Source of the DNA: Candidatus Aenigmatarchaeota archaeon | Lineage (GTDB): Archaea > Aenigmatarchaeota > Aenigmatarchaeia > Aenigmatarchaeales > Aenigmatarchaeaceae | NCBI GenBank assembly: GCA_043802485.1 | Contig: JAZDKZ010000006.1 | Location: 64,001 to 128,000, forward strand | Direction of reading: 5' to 3' | Length of the DNA stretch: 64,000 bases | Shown here: positions 56,720 through 64,000 of the stretch, in pieces | Numbering within the stretch: the first letter of the stretch is position 1 | Layout: the number at the start of each line of letters is the position of its first letter | Translations under genes and position numbers: made by a program | Notes under the pieces: model-generated | What the model saw: only the letters and a program-made list of their open reading frames with translations | Told to the model about the DNA's origin: nothing | The model's database searches: none

Positions 56720-57349
56720 ATGGGGCTTTCCTTAATAACAAAACTTTTGATTTCAAAGCAGCTTAGATTCGAAGATGGTAGGATAGTGTTCTTAGAGGAA
56801 CCCATGGCTTTTGTTCCAATTGAGTTTTATATTCATTTAACAAAGGAGATAAACAAGAAAAGAAGAGACAAGATGGAGGTGTATTTGGATGCATGGAAGG
56901 CTGGAGTCATTTTCATGCGTAGTGTAGCAAAGAGATACACCATGAGTAGGTTTGAGGAAAGGTACAATGAGGCTATGGAAATAATTTCCTCCGCAGGTTT
57001 CGGCGACTATCAGACTTTGGATTTTGTACCTACTAAATATGCTCAATTTAAGATATTCAACAATCCGATAGCAGAAAAATTCTTTCCCTCCAAGAAACCA
57101 ATAGATCATGTATTGCGGGGCTTCAACGCTGGAGGGGGTTCCCCGGTTCACGAAAGAATCATTAATACTATTGAAACAGAATGCAAGGCTGTTAATGGCA
57201 AATACTGTATACACCTAAACGGTGCTACTGAGGTGCTGAAGCAGGCCAAGTACAAGAAATTTGTAAAGGACCAACTAGACTTGCCATTTCTATTAAAAGA
57301 ACAGAAAAAATTCCTCAAAGAAATAAATTACAAAGAGATAAAGCCCTAG
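56720..57349 (+). CDS. V4R domain protein
   Basis: GFG, NNP.A, DH.LRG..AG, IETECKAVNGKYC. Confidence 0.8.
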   Translation: MGLSLITKLLISKQLRFEDGRIVFLEEPMAFVPIEFYIHLTKEINKKRRDKMEVYLDAWKAGVIFMRSVAKRYTMSRFEERYNEAMEIISSAGFGDYQTLDFVPTKYAQFKIFNNPIAEKFFPSKKPIDHVLRGFNAGGGSPVHERIINTIETECKAVNGKYCIHLNGATEVLKQAKYKKFVKDQLDLPFLLKEQKKFLKEINYKEIKP

Positions 57350-58230
57350 AAAAGAAATAAGCTTAGCAGGAAGAAAAGGAAAGTAATTCTTCCAAAACTC
57401 CATGAAATTTCTCCTGTCTTCTTCGTTGGATTTTTATAAACTTTTATTTCAGGTATTATGAGTGCGATGAACAATATGCCAGACAAAATAACGAAAGACA
57501 AGTTCTGAAAGCTCATATGGTAAAAAGTTAATAATGTAACAGGAAAGAAAATCATAGTTCCTATTATATTTAGTCTTGATGCGTTCTTGACACCATATTT
57601 TGTCACTATTGTCTTTTTTCCATGTATGTCATCTCCTCCCATATCCTTGAAATCTTTGAGTATTGAAAAGAAAGAAAACAATAATGTTAAAGCCATTGAT
57701 TGTAAAAGTATTTGATTCGTCATGATTAATGTATTTGTAGAAAGAACAAATCCCGCATATATTGTTGTGAACATAGAAACAAAGCCTAGACTTAGATTAC
57801 CTAAGATTAATCTGTCTTTTAGGGATATTGGGGGAGCAGAGTATGCTATGCTGGCTATACTCATCAGCAGAATCGATAGGAAAAATTTTACTGAAACATA
57901 CAAAGCCAGTGCGTTCCCTAACAAGTAGCATGCAGAACAAAAAATTATTACATCCTTGACTTTTATGGACCCCCTTTCTAAAGGTCTGAACGGCATATTA
58001 ATTGAATCTACTTTCATATCGAAAAGGTCGTTTAACGCTGAACTTCCGTTGTATATTAAGAAGACTACAACTGTCAAAATTAATATAGGCAAAAAGTTCA
58101 TAGTTGTAGAAGAAAGAACAAAACCTAATATGGAAAGTATAATCACACTCAAACTATTCCAAGGTCTGCCTAATTCAAGTAAAGAAGTCATTTTGTTCTT
58201 CTCTAATAGTTTGGAAAAAAACCTTTCCAT
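57346..58230 (-). CDS. UbiA family prenyltransferase (DGGGP synthase-like)
   Basis: RPWN, NDLFDMKVDSINMPFRPL, KDFKDMGGD..GKKT. Confidence 0.92.
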   Translation of the reverse strand: MERFFSKLLEKNKMTSLLELGRPWNSLSVIILSILGFVLSSTTMNFLPILILTVVVFLIYNGSSALNDLFDMKVDSINMPFRPLERGSIKVKDVIIFCSACYLLGNALALYVSVKFFLSILLMSIASIAYSAPPISLKDRLILGNLSLGFVSMFTTIYAGFVLSTNTLIMTNQILLQSMALTLLFSFFSILKDFKDMGGDDIHGKKTIVTKYGVKNASRLNIIGTMIFFPVTLLTFYHMSFQNLSFVILSGILFIALIIPEIKVYKNPTKKTGEISWSFGRITFLFFLLSLFLF

Positions 58231-58262
58231 GTATCTTATTTTGAATAAATCGCTATATAAAA

Positions 58263-58682
58263 CTAGAAGACGTCTTTAACCTTCTTTACAGAAATTATAT
58301 TTTTCGGGTCAAAGCCGTCCATAAATTCCAGATTCTCCTTCAGGCTCGCCCACTTGTAGTCCTTATGGTCCTTTGACAGCTTGATCTTTCCTATGGTTTT
58401 GCACTTGAAGACGACACGGACAACGCGGAAGATGCCTCGGCCCTTTCTCATTATGTTGGAATGTATGCCGAATAGCTTGACGCTTGTCAGCATCGTGCTG
58501 GTCTCCTCCAGAATCTCCCTTCTGAGAGCTTTGAGCAGGTTCTCACCAGGTCTGACCTTGCCCTCAGGCAGCTGCCACCTGCCTTTGTTTGTCATGTTCT
58601 TGTCACTTCTCTGCAGAACAAGGTATTTTCCATCTTTCTCTATGAAAGCGGATGCAACCAGAATAACAACTTGACCGGGCAT
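58263..58682 (-). CDS. NUDIX hydrolase
   Basis: WQLPEGKVRPGE...ALRREILEET. Confidence 0.93.
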   Translation of the reverse strand: MPGQVVILVASAFIEKDGKYLVLQRSDKNMTNKGRWQLPEGKVRPGENLLKALRREILEETSTMLTSVKLFGIHSNIMRKGRGIFRVVRVVFKCKTIGKIKLSKDHKDYKWASLKENLEFMDGFDPKNIISVKKVKDVF

Positions 58683-58709
58683 AGAAACAATAATTGTCGT
58701 CTATTCTTT

Positions 58710-59474
58710 TTAAAATTTTTTGGCCTTGTTCCAGAGTTCTTTGAAATAGGTCCTGAACACACTGATCATGGCCGGGCTGTTGCTCCAGAAAAAATCCGAC
58801 TCTAATGGATTGTCTATCCTCATGCACATCTCCCTGCTGTCCACGATTCCTATCCTTGGGTGGACGTCCATGGGCAGTATCCTTATCTGAGCTCCCTGCT
58901 TCTTGTACCACTTGGCCCTTGCCATTTTCGATTCGTCTAGTTCAGAAGTCCCTATTATCTTTATTCTTATTCCTTTTTTCAGGGCCTTTGAATAAGCATT
59001 GTCCAGCAAGGAGTTTCTGGAAAACCTTGATGTTGTTGCCATGCCTTCTTTTTTAGTCATTTCCACCATCTCGGCAGCTTTTTCAAGAAACGCCTGCCTG
59101 CCCCTTCCGGTCCACATGCCCAGGTTCTCCTTTTTATTCTGGAAGGGCTTTAGCTGGTCAACAATCATGCTGGTTTTCCTGTTCAGCTTCTCTATCTCCG
59201 ACTTTTTGGCGTCTATCAACTTCCTAAAGGCATGGTCTGTCTTGACAGCCTTGAACCTTTGGGGTTTGGAGTTCTGCTCCTCTGCCAAGGACTTGTCCAC
59301 AAGCTTCCTCATTACATTGTATATCTTGGACTGGGGTATCTTGCTTTTCTGAGAAAGAATAGAAGCAGATAGAGGACCGTGGATTGACAAAGCCAAAAAG
59401 GCTTTGGCCTCGTATTCGCTCAGTCCGAAGACTCTAAGGTCCTGGACCAGTTCTTGTTTCAACATAATAACCAT
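58710..59474 (-). CDS. TrmB family transcription regulator
   Basis: GLSEYEAKAF.AL, IPQSKIY..., P.RFKA; PLD-like C-terminal domain. Confidence 0.92.
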   Translation of the reverse strand: MVIMLKQELVQDLRVFGLSEYEAKAFLALSIHGPLSASILSQKSKIPQSKIYNVMRKLVDKSLAEEQNSKPQRFKAVKTDHAFRKLIDAKKSEIEKLNRKTSMIVDQLKPFQNKKENLGMWTGRGRQAFLEKAAEMVEMTKKEGMATTSRFSRNSLLDNAYSKALKKGIRIKIIGTSELDESKMARAKWYKKQGAQIRILPMDVHPRIGIVDSREMCMRIDNPLESDFFWSNSPAMISVFRTYFKELWNKAKKF

Positions 59475-59489
59475 AAACGATTAAATTAT

Positions 59490-59642
59490 TCAGCAAAAAA
59501 GATTTCCACAATCGTCGCATGTCTTTTTTTTCTGTTTTTCACTATACACTAAATCCAGATACTTTCCCGTCATACCATGATATCTTGCTACTTTGTATGT
59601 TTCGTCTATAACACAATGACCATTTAACGAAGTTCTACCCAT
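59490..59642 (-). CDS. 50-aa Cys-containing micro-protein (not in ORF track)
   Basis: MGRTSLNGHC...KTCDDCGNLFC with AGGTGA SD. Confidence 0.5.
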   Translation of the reverse strand: MGRTSLNGHCVIDETYKVARYHGMTGKYLDLVYSEKQKKKTCDDCGNLFC

Positions 59643-59809
59643 TTTATCACCTTAACACAAAATATTCTTGCAGACTTTGCTGCAAAACTCTTTTTCAAAA
59701 CATTGCTATCCATCGCGACACGTCTTTCATAAAATCTTTCGACATGAAGCTTCATAAATCCAAATTTGTTATGATTGTCATCAAGTGGACATCTGTCGCA
59801 AAGCGCCAT
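59624..59809 (-). CDS. small protein with N-terminal CxxC
   Basis: MALCDRCP, 61 aa. Confidence 0.45.
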   Translation of the reverse strand: MALCDRCPLDDNHNKFGFMKLHVERFYERRVAMDSNVLKKSFAAKSARIFCVKVIKWVELR

Positions 59810-59931
59810 GAAATCACTGTCAATTCTTATATCGTGAGACTATTTAATTGTACGTCTAAATATAAACCTAACCACGACATAAAACGAATACACTTTAAAG
59901 AAATAATATCATAACCACCACGGGTAGTAAA

Positions 59932-60489
59932 TTATATCTCCTCTTTCTGCGTTACCTGCTTTTCCTCTTCTGCTATGAAGGCGCGGCCGCCCTGCCACTG
60001 ACCCTTGTATGTGTTGGCCTTTCCGTCGACTCTGTGGAATACCATGCTGGCAATCCTTGCGCCCAACTCTATCTCGAAATTATTGCTAGACGTGTTGGTC
60101 ATGATGAAGGAGAACTTGCCGCAGTAGCCTGGGTCAGTCTTTATGCCCTGGACGACTATGCCGCATTTGTACAGGGTTCCCCTTGGTATGAACCAGCCTA
60201 CAAGGTCTTTGGGCGTGTTTATCTTCTCTATGGTAGTTGCAGAATAGGTCTTGCCTGGCTTTAATTTTATTTTTACAGGTCCGGTGTCAGCAAACTTTGC
60301 CAAAAGCTTGAAATTGGGTGATTTTCTCGTCTCGATATGGAGAAAGCCGTCTCCCTCCTCCATCTCATATATATCGCCTATCCTGATGTCAACGCCGCAG
60401 CCCTCAAAGTTCTGGTTTTCGGTGTCAAGACCCTCTATAAGATTTTTTTCTTTTATCAACTCAAGAACCTTGTCAATGCCAAGAATCAT
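59932..60489 (-). CDS. dcd: dCTP deaminase/archaeal dUTPase family protein
   Basis: GVDIRIG, PRGTL...G, DPGY.G, GARIA.MVF, YKGQWQG. Confidence 0.88.
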   Translation of the reverse strand: MILGIDKVLELIKEKNLIEGLDTENQNFEGCGVDIRIGDIYEMEEGDGFLHIETRKSPNFKLLAKFADTGPVKIKLKPGKTYSATTIEKINTPKDLVGWFIPRGTLYKCGIVVQGIKTDPGYCGKFSFIMTNTSSNNFEIELGARIASMVFHRVDGKANTYKGQWQGGRAFIAEEEKQVTQKEEI

Positions 60490-60531
60490 AAAATAACTTC
60501 CCTTTTTAAAAATTTAAAACTTAGTAAGAGC

Positions 60532-61035
60532 ATGAGAAAGACTTTCGGTCTGGTGAAGCCAGAGGTAATACTCAGAGCAGATGAGATTATCGATTATATC
60601 CAAGAAAACGGCTTCTCTGTAATCAAGGAGAAGAAGCAGGTTTGGACAAGAGAACAAATAGCTACCACATATTCTCCAAAAAATCTTAAATATCCTGATC
60701 CCCAGAAACCAATCCATTCTGTTAATGTTAAGATGTCGGAATATATAGTGGAAAAAATCTACGAGAGATTCGGCACTCCGATTGTTGATGCCCTTTTGCT
60801 GACTTCCCAGGGCAATACAGTGCAAGACTTTGTGAGACTATGCGGTCCGACAAAGGCTATTGATTATGTAAAGAAAGAATTCGAAAACACCCTGAGGGGC
60901 AAGTTCGGCCTTCCGGTATCAGAGAGTTTAGTCACAGAAATCGATGGCTTTGTCTGCAGCTTTGACTTTAACGGGATTCATAAGACATCAAGAAAAAAAG
61001 AATTAAGAGATGCAAAGAAAAACTATTTGCTCTGA
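60532..61035 (+). CDS. ndk: divergent nucleoside diphosphate kinase-like protein
   Basis: TFGLVKPE, L.GPT, TLRGKFG, NGIH; start reassigned to MRKT. Confidence 0.7.
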   Translation: MRKTFGLVKPEVILRADEIIDYIQENGFSVIKEKKQVWTREQIATTYSPKNLKYPDPQKPIHSVNVKMSEYIVEKIYERFGTPIVDALLLTSQGNTVQDFVRLCGPTKAIDYVKKEFENTLRGKFGLPVSESLVTEIDGFVCSFDFNGIHKTSRKKELRDAKKNYLL

Positions 61036-61199
61036 GGCTTTTTCTTGGTCACCCATTTGGTGTGCTTTGACTCTCTTCCAAGAAAGATCATATTCTTTTC
61101 GCATTTCTTTGAGCAGAAGTAGAACACTTTGCCGTCCGTCTTTACGTACATCTTACCGGTTCCCTGCTCTATGTTCTCTTTGCAAAAGTTGCATTTCAT
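61023..61199 (-). CDS. rpl24e: 50S ribosomal protein L24e (not in ORF track)
   Basis: [36 protein letters not shown]...KWV. Confidence 0.95.
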   Translation of the reverse strand: MKCNFCKENIEQGTGKMYVKTDGKVFYFCSKKCEKNMIFLGRESKHTKWVTKKKPQSK

Positions 61200-61414
61200 T
61201 ATCTCACATCCAGTGTTCCAGATGATTCCATCTCTGTCTCCCTCAGCATCAGAACGTCGCCTAGTGCAACAGGTCCGACAACGTTCCTTACCAGAACCTT
61301 GCCCCTATCCCTGCCGTCTATGACCTTGCATCTGACCTGAGAAACTCCCTTTATTCCTGACCTTCCTAGGAGCTGTACTACTTCTGCTGGAATTGCATCA
61401 AGGGGTGCTGCCAT
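61199..61414 (-). CDS. rps28e: 30S ribosomal protein S28e
   Basis: [15 protein letters not shown]...RNVVGPV..GDVL.L.ETE. Confidence 0.95.
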   Translation of the reverse strand: MAAPLDAIPAEVVQLLGRSGIKGVSQVRCKVIDGRDRGKVLVRNVVGPVALGDVLMLRETEMESSGTLDVR

Positions 61415-61418
61415 TCAA

Positions 61419-61733
61419 TCACTTTTTTGTCAATGCCTCTATGTCATTTTTGGCGTCCCCTGCCTCTGTCACTGCTATGGCGGCTGTCGAGACGTCTATG
61501 CCTGCTGCCCTTCCAAGTTCTAGCTTGTTCTTTACATGCAAGAACGGGATCTTTTTCTCGTTGCACAACGGCTCCAGGTGCATCACCACTTCCTTTGGTT
61601 GAACATCGTCAGCTATGACGATTAGTTTGGCAATGCCTCTTTCTATTGCCTTGGTTGCCTCGTTTGTGCCTATTCTTATCTTTCCCGTGTTTTTAGCTAT
61701 TTCTACTGTATGTAGAACCTTGTTATCATCCAT
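61419..61733 (-). CDS. rpl7ae: 50S ribosomal protein L7Ae
   Basis: GKIRIGTNEATKAIERG.AKL..IA.DV.P, ELGRAAG. Confidence 0.96.
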   Translation of the reverse strand: MDDNKVLHTVEIAKNTGKIRIGTNEATKAIERGIAKLIVIADDVQPKEVVMHLEPLCNEKKIPFLHVKNKLELGRAAGIDVSTAAIAVTEAGDAKNDIEALTKK

Positions 61734-61793
61734 ATCATCACCTCATTTCATTAGTTCATTTTTTAATATCATCTATTTGTAAAGTATTTAAAT

Positions 61794-63416
61794 TTACTTG
61801 TGGGCAAAGTAGAACAAGCCCTTCTTTTCGCATCTGGCAAAGCCTATCCTTTCGAACTGGACTGTCTGGTCCGGCTTTACGTTTTTTATATCAGGCTCTG
61901 TCAGGCCTTCTACTTCCCTGCCGTCGGGCATTATCATTTTTATTTTAACATTCTTCGAGACCCAGTGGATCTTTGGAACGTCCTTTAGCTTGATGCTGGT
62001 CACCTTTGATTTCCTGTCAAGAACAATGTTGCAGAAGTGCATCAGCCTTATCTCCTGGCCTCTGTATTGGGCAAAGTCAAGCTTTTCGACAAATATCTTT
62101 TTAGAAACAGGGATTATCCTCTGTTTTTTCTTGCCAGGCATCAACGGCGCCTTTACTGTTTTCTTGGATACCTTGTCCAGCTTTATTTCAACTGGCTCGC
62201 CGACAAAGAAATACCTGTTCGATACAGAGTCTATTATCTGCCTGTTGTACTTTTCAAGCTTGTCAAAGCTGATGTCAACATCGTTCTTGCTCGGTCCTAT
62301 CTCCTCTATCAGCCTTTTGATTGTGTCCGGTCTGAAGCCTTTCTTGAGAAGGTTCCTTGGCGTTGGAATCCTTATGTCCTCGAAACCGCTCAGCTTCCCT
62401 TCCTTTATCATCTCTATCAACTTTCTCTTTTTCATGGGGATTCCTGCCACTGTCTTCAGCCTTCCGAACTGGATTGTAACAGGAACTTTCCAGCCGAAAA
62501 TATTATAGATAAATTCCTGTACCTTTGCATCATTCTCAAAGCCCTTGTCCCTCATGACGTGAGTTATCTTCAATAGACGGTCCATCACAGTGCAGGCAAA
62601 ATTATACATCGGATAAACCCTGTACTTTTTCCCTTTCAGAGGATGTTCGGAATCTATGATCCTTAGCATGCTTGGTTCCCTCATCGCAGGATTGATGTGA
62701 GCAGGGTCTGTCTTCAGCCTGACAATCATCGAGCCTTGTTCCGCGTTCTTCAGCATCTTCTTCCAGAGTTTAAGATTATCCTTCTTGCTCCTGTTCCTGC
62801 AGTCGCATACCGAAGCGCTAGCTCTCATTTCCTTTATCTTGAACTGCGGGCATGTGCAAACATAGAAGAATTCCTTTTCAAAAAGCTCTTCAGCGTACTT
62901 GTAGAATGTTTCCATATAGTCTGATTCCATCACTTCCTTGTTGAACTTTAATCCGAACATCTTCAGGTCGTCCCTTATAGCATCATAATATTCTTTCTTT
63001 TCCTTCCAAGGATTGGTGTCATCAAACCTTAGAAACGCCTTGCCCTTGTATTTTTTAGCGTAGAGATAACTAAGAAAAGCAGATTTCAAGTGACCGAGGT
63101 GCAGATAACCATTGGGCTCAGGAGCGAATCTTGTTACAACTTTTCCTATTTCAGCTTCTTGTAGTTCAGGCAAGCCCTCTCTCTCTACTTTTTTCGGTTT
63201 CTCAATCTTGCCGAACTTTGCCAGCTCCTTTTCCTGCTTTTCCAATGACCATGAGTTTATCTCCTTCACAACCATTCCCACAGTCTTTCCGAGTTTTGCC
63301 ATGTCTTTTTTCAGCTCTGGCTTCTCTGCCAGAACCTTGCCCAGAACCGCCTGCGCATTGGCCTTGCCGTTATATTCTTTGGCATTAAGCAGGGCGTGCT
63401 TTTTGATTATGTCCAT
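61794..63416 (-). CDS. gltX: glutamyl-tRNA synthetase (archaeal type)
   Basis: RFAPEPNGYLHLGH, RFDDTNP, YPMYNFA, QFERIGF. Confidence 0.96.
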   Translation of the reverse strand: MDIIKKHALLNAKEYNGKANAQAVLGKVLAEKPELKKDMAKLGKTVGMVVKEINSWSLEKQEKELAKFGKIEKPKKVEREGLPELQEAEIGKVVTRFAPEPNGYLHLGHLKSAFLSYLYAKKYKGKAFLRFDDTNPWKEKKEYYDAIRDDLKMFGLKFNKEVMESDYMETFYKYAEELFEKEFFYVCTCPQFKIKEMRASASVCDCRNRSKKDNLKLWKKMLKNAEQGSMIVRLKTDPAHINPAMREPSMLRIIDSEHPLKGKKYRVYPMYNFACTVMDRLLKITHVMRDKGFENDAKVQEFIYNIFGWKVPVTIQFGRLKTVAGIPMKKRKLIEMIKEGKLSGFEDIRIPTPRNLLKKGFRPDTIKRLIEEIGPSKNDVDISFDKLEKYNRQIIDSVSNRYFFVGEPVEIKLDKVSKKTVKAPLMPGKKKQRIIPVSKKIFVEKLDFAQYRGQEIRLMHFCNIVLDRKSKVTSIKLKDVPKIHWVSKNVKIKMIMPDGREVEGLTEPDIKNVKPDQTVQFERIGFARCEKKGLFYFAHK

Positions 63417-63438
63417 AGCCTATAATTAGAAAAAGAGT

Positions 63439-64000
63439 TTAATAAATTGCTACTCCTGCATAACCTACAACAGCGTCCAAGCTGCCCGAAACCTCGAAGC
63501 TGGTGGAGTAGTCTACCAGCTCTCCCTTGATTGCCCCCAGCTCCTTGGCAGCGAAAATCATAGACGCTATTGCTCCGTAGCCGCAGACAGTCAGCCTGTC
63601 CTTCTCACACGTTTTTATTACCTGCTTATGGTCGAGCCTTTCTATCGAATCGATGACATCCATGTCTGTAGCTTTTATTCTTTTGATGACCTCTTTCGGC
63701 TCTCCTCTGAAAGGGACGTGCCCGTAGACAATTCCATAATGTGTGAGGTCGCTGCTTGCTATCACTAATACCTTTCTTCCAAGCTTCTTTGCGGCTTGGG
63801 CTATCTTGCTGCCCACCTCTTCCGAGGTTTTTGTATTGAAATAAGAATGGTTTATCAGGATGGGCGCTAACTTGAAATTTCGGAACAGATACTGCAGCCA
63901 GGGCAGCTGCACCTCTATCGAATGTTCTGTTGCGTGTGGGACCCTGTCATCTACAATAACAGAGTCTTTGACTAATTCATTGACAAAGTCGTTATCAGAA
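63439..64000 (-). CDS. MEMO1 family (AmmeMemoRadiSam protein B), 5' part outside window
   Basis: EHSIEVQLPW, ASSDLTHYG, TVCGYG, VVGYA; frame open to window edge. Confidence 0.93.
   Translation of the reverse strand, partial: SDNDFVNELVKDSVIVDDRVPHATEHSIEVQLPWLQYLFRNFKLAPILINHSYFNTKTSEEVGSKIAQAAKKLGRKVLVIASSDLTHYGIVYGHVPFRGEPKEVIKRIKATDMDVIDSIERLDHKQVIKTCEKDRLTVCGYGAIASMIFAAKELGAIKGELVDYSTSFEVSGSLDAVVGYAGVAIY

Noticed and set aside
60337..60531. N-terminal extension of the NDK-like ORF
   Set aside because: Overlaps dcd in antisense; NDK similarity begins at the ATG at 60532
1..64000. CRISPR array, rRNA, transposase or integrase
   Set aside because: No regularly spaced repeats, rRNA-like stretch or recombinase/transposase motifs seen by eye

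Overview
Archaeal chromosomal window, probably from a reduced DPANN-type genome (inferred from gene content: class I LysRS, aIF6, aIF5A, histone, TFB, Pus10/TrmY, archaeal CCA enzyme, eukaryote-type r-proteins). It is mostly translation and tRNA-processing housekeeping genes, four tRNAs (Leu-GAG, Gly-TCC, intron-containing Trp-CCA, Lys-CTT) and an AT-richer signalling island at about 25.4-36.9 kb. Top finding: the cis-prenyltransferase gene uppS is interrupted inside its catalytic DG|NRRWA motif by a 21-nt insertion (1679-1699, minus strand) carrying tandem stops. The insertion folds into a canonical bulge-helix-bulge (BHB) motif, and cutting at the standard sites restores the ORF exactly, so it is a candidate tRNA-type micro-intron in an mRNA. 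A free-standing LAGLIDADG gene overlaps the uppS start and ends about 27 nt before the intron, suggesting collaborative homing. Two more free-standing LAGLIDADG genes overlap other conserved genes. Second finding: an unannotated 39-aa ORF ending in ExxxY is coupled to a UbiA prenyltransferase and a radical SAM/SPASM enzyme, a candidate RiPP system among KaiC/V4R and two-component genes. Also noted: a truncated Rpp21, a possible minimal C/D-like guide in the tRNA-Trp intron, a tRNA-Leu 3' repeat bounding an islet, and several small ORFs missed by the ORF track. All calls come from reading motifs by eye; no searches were run.
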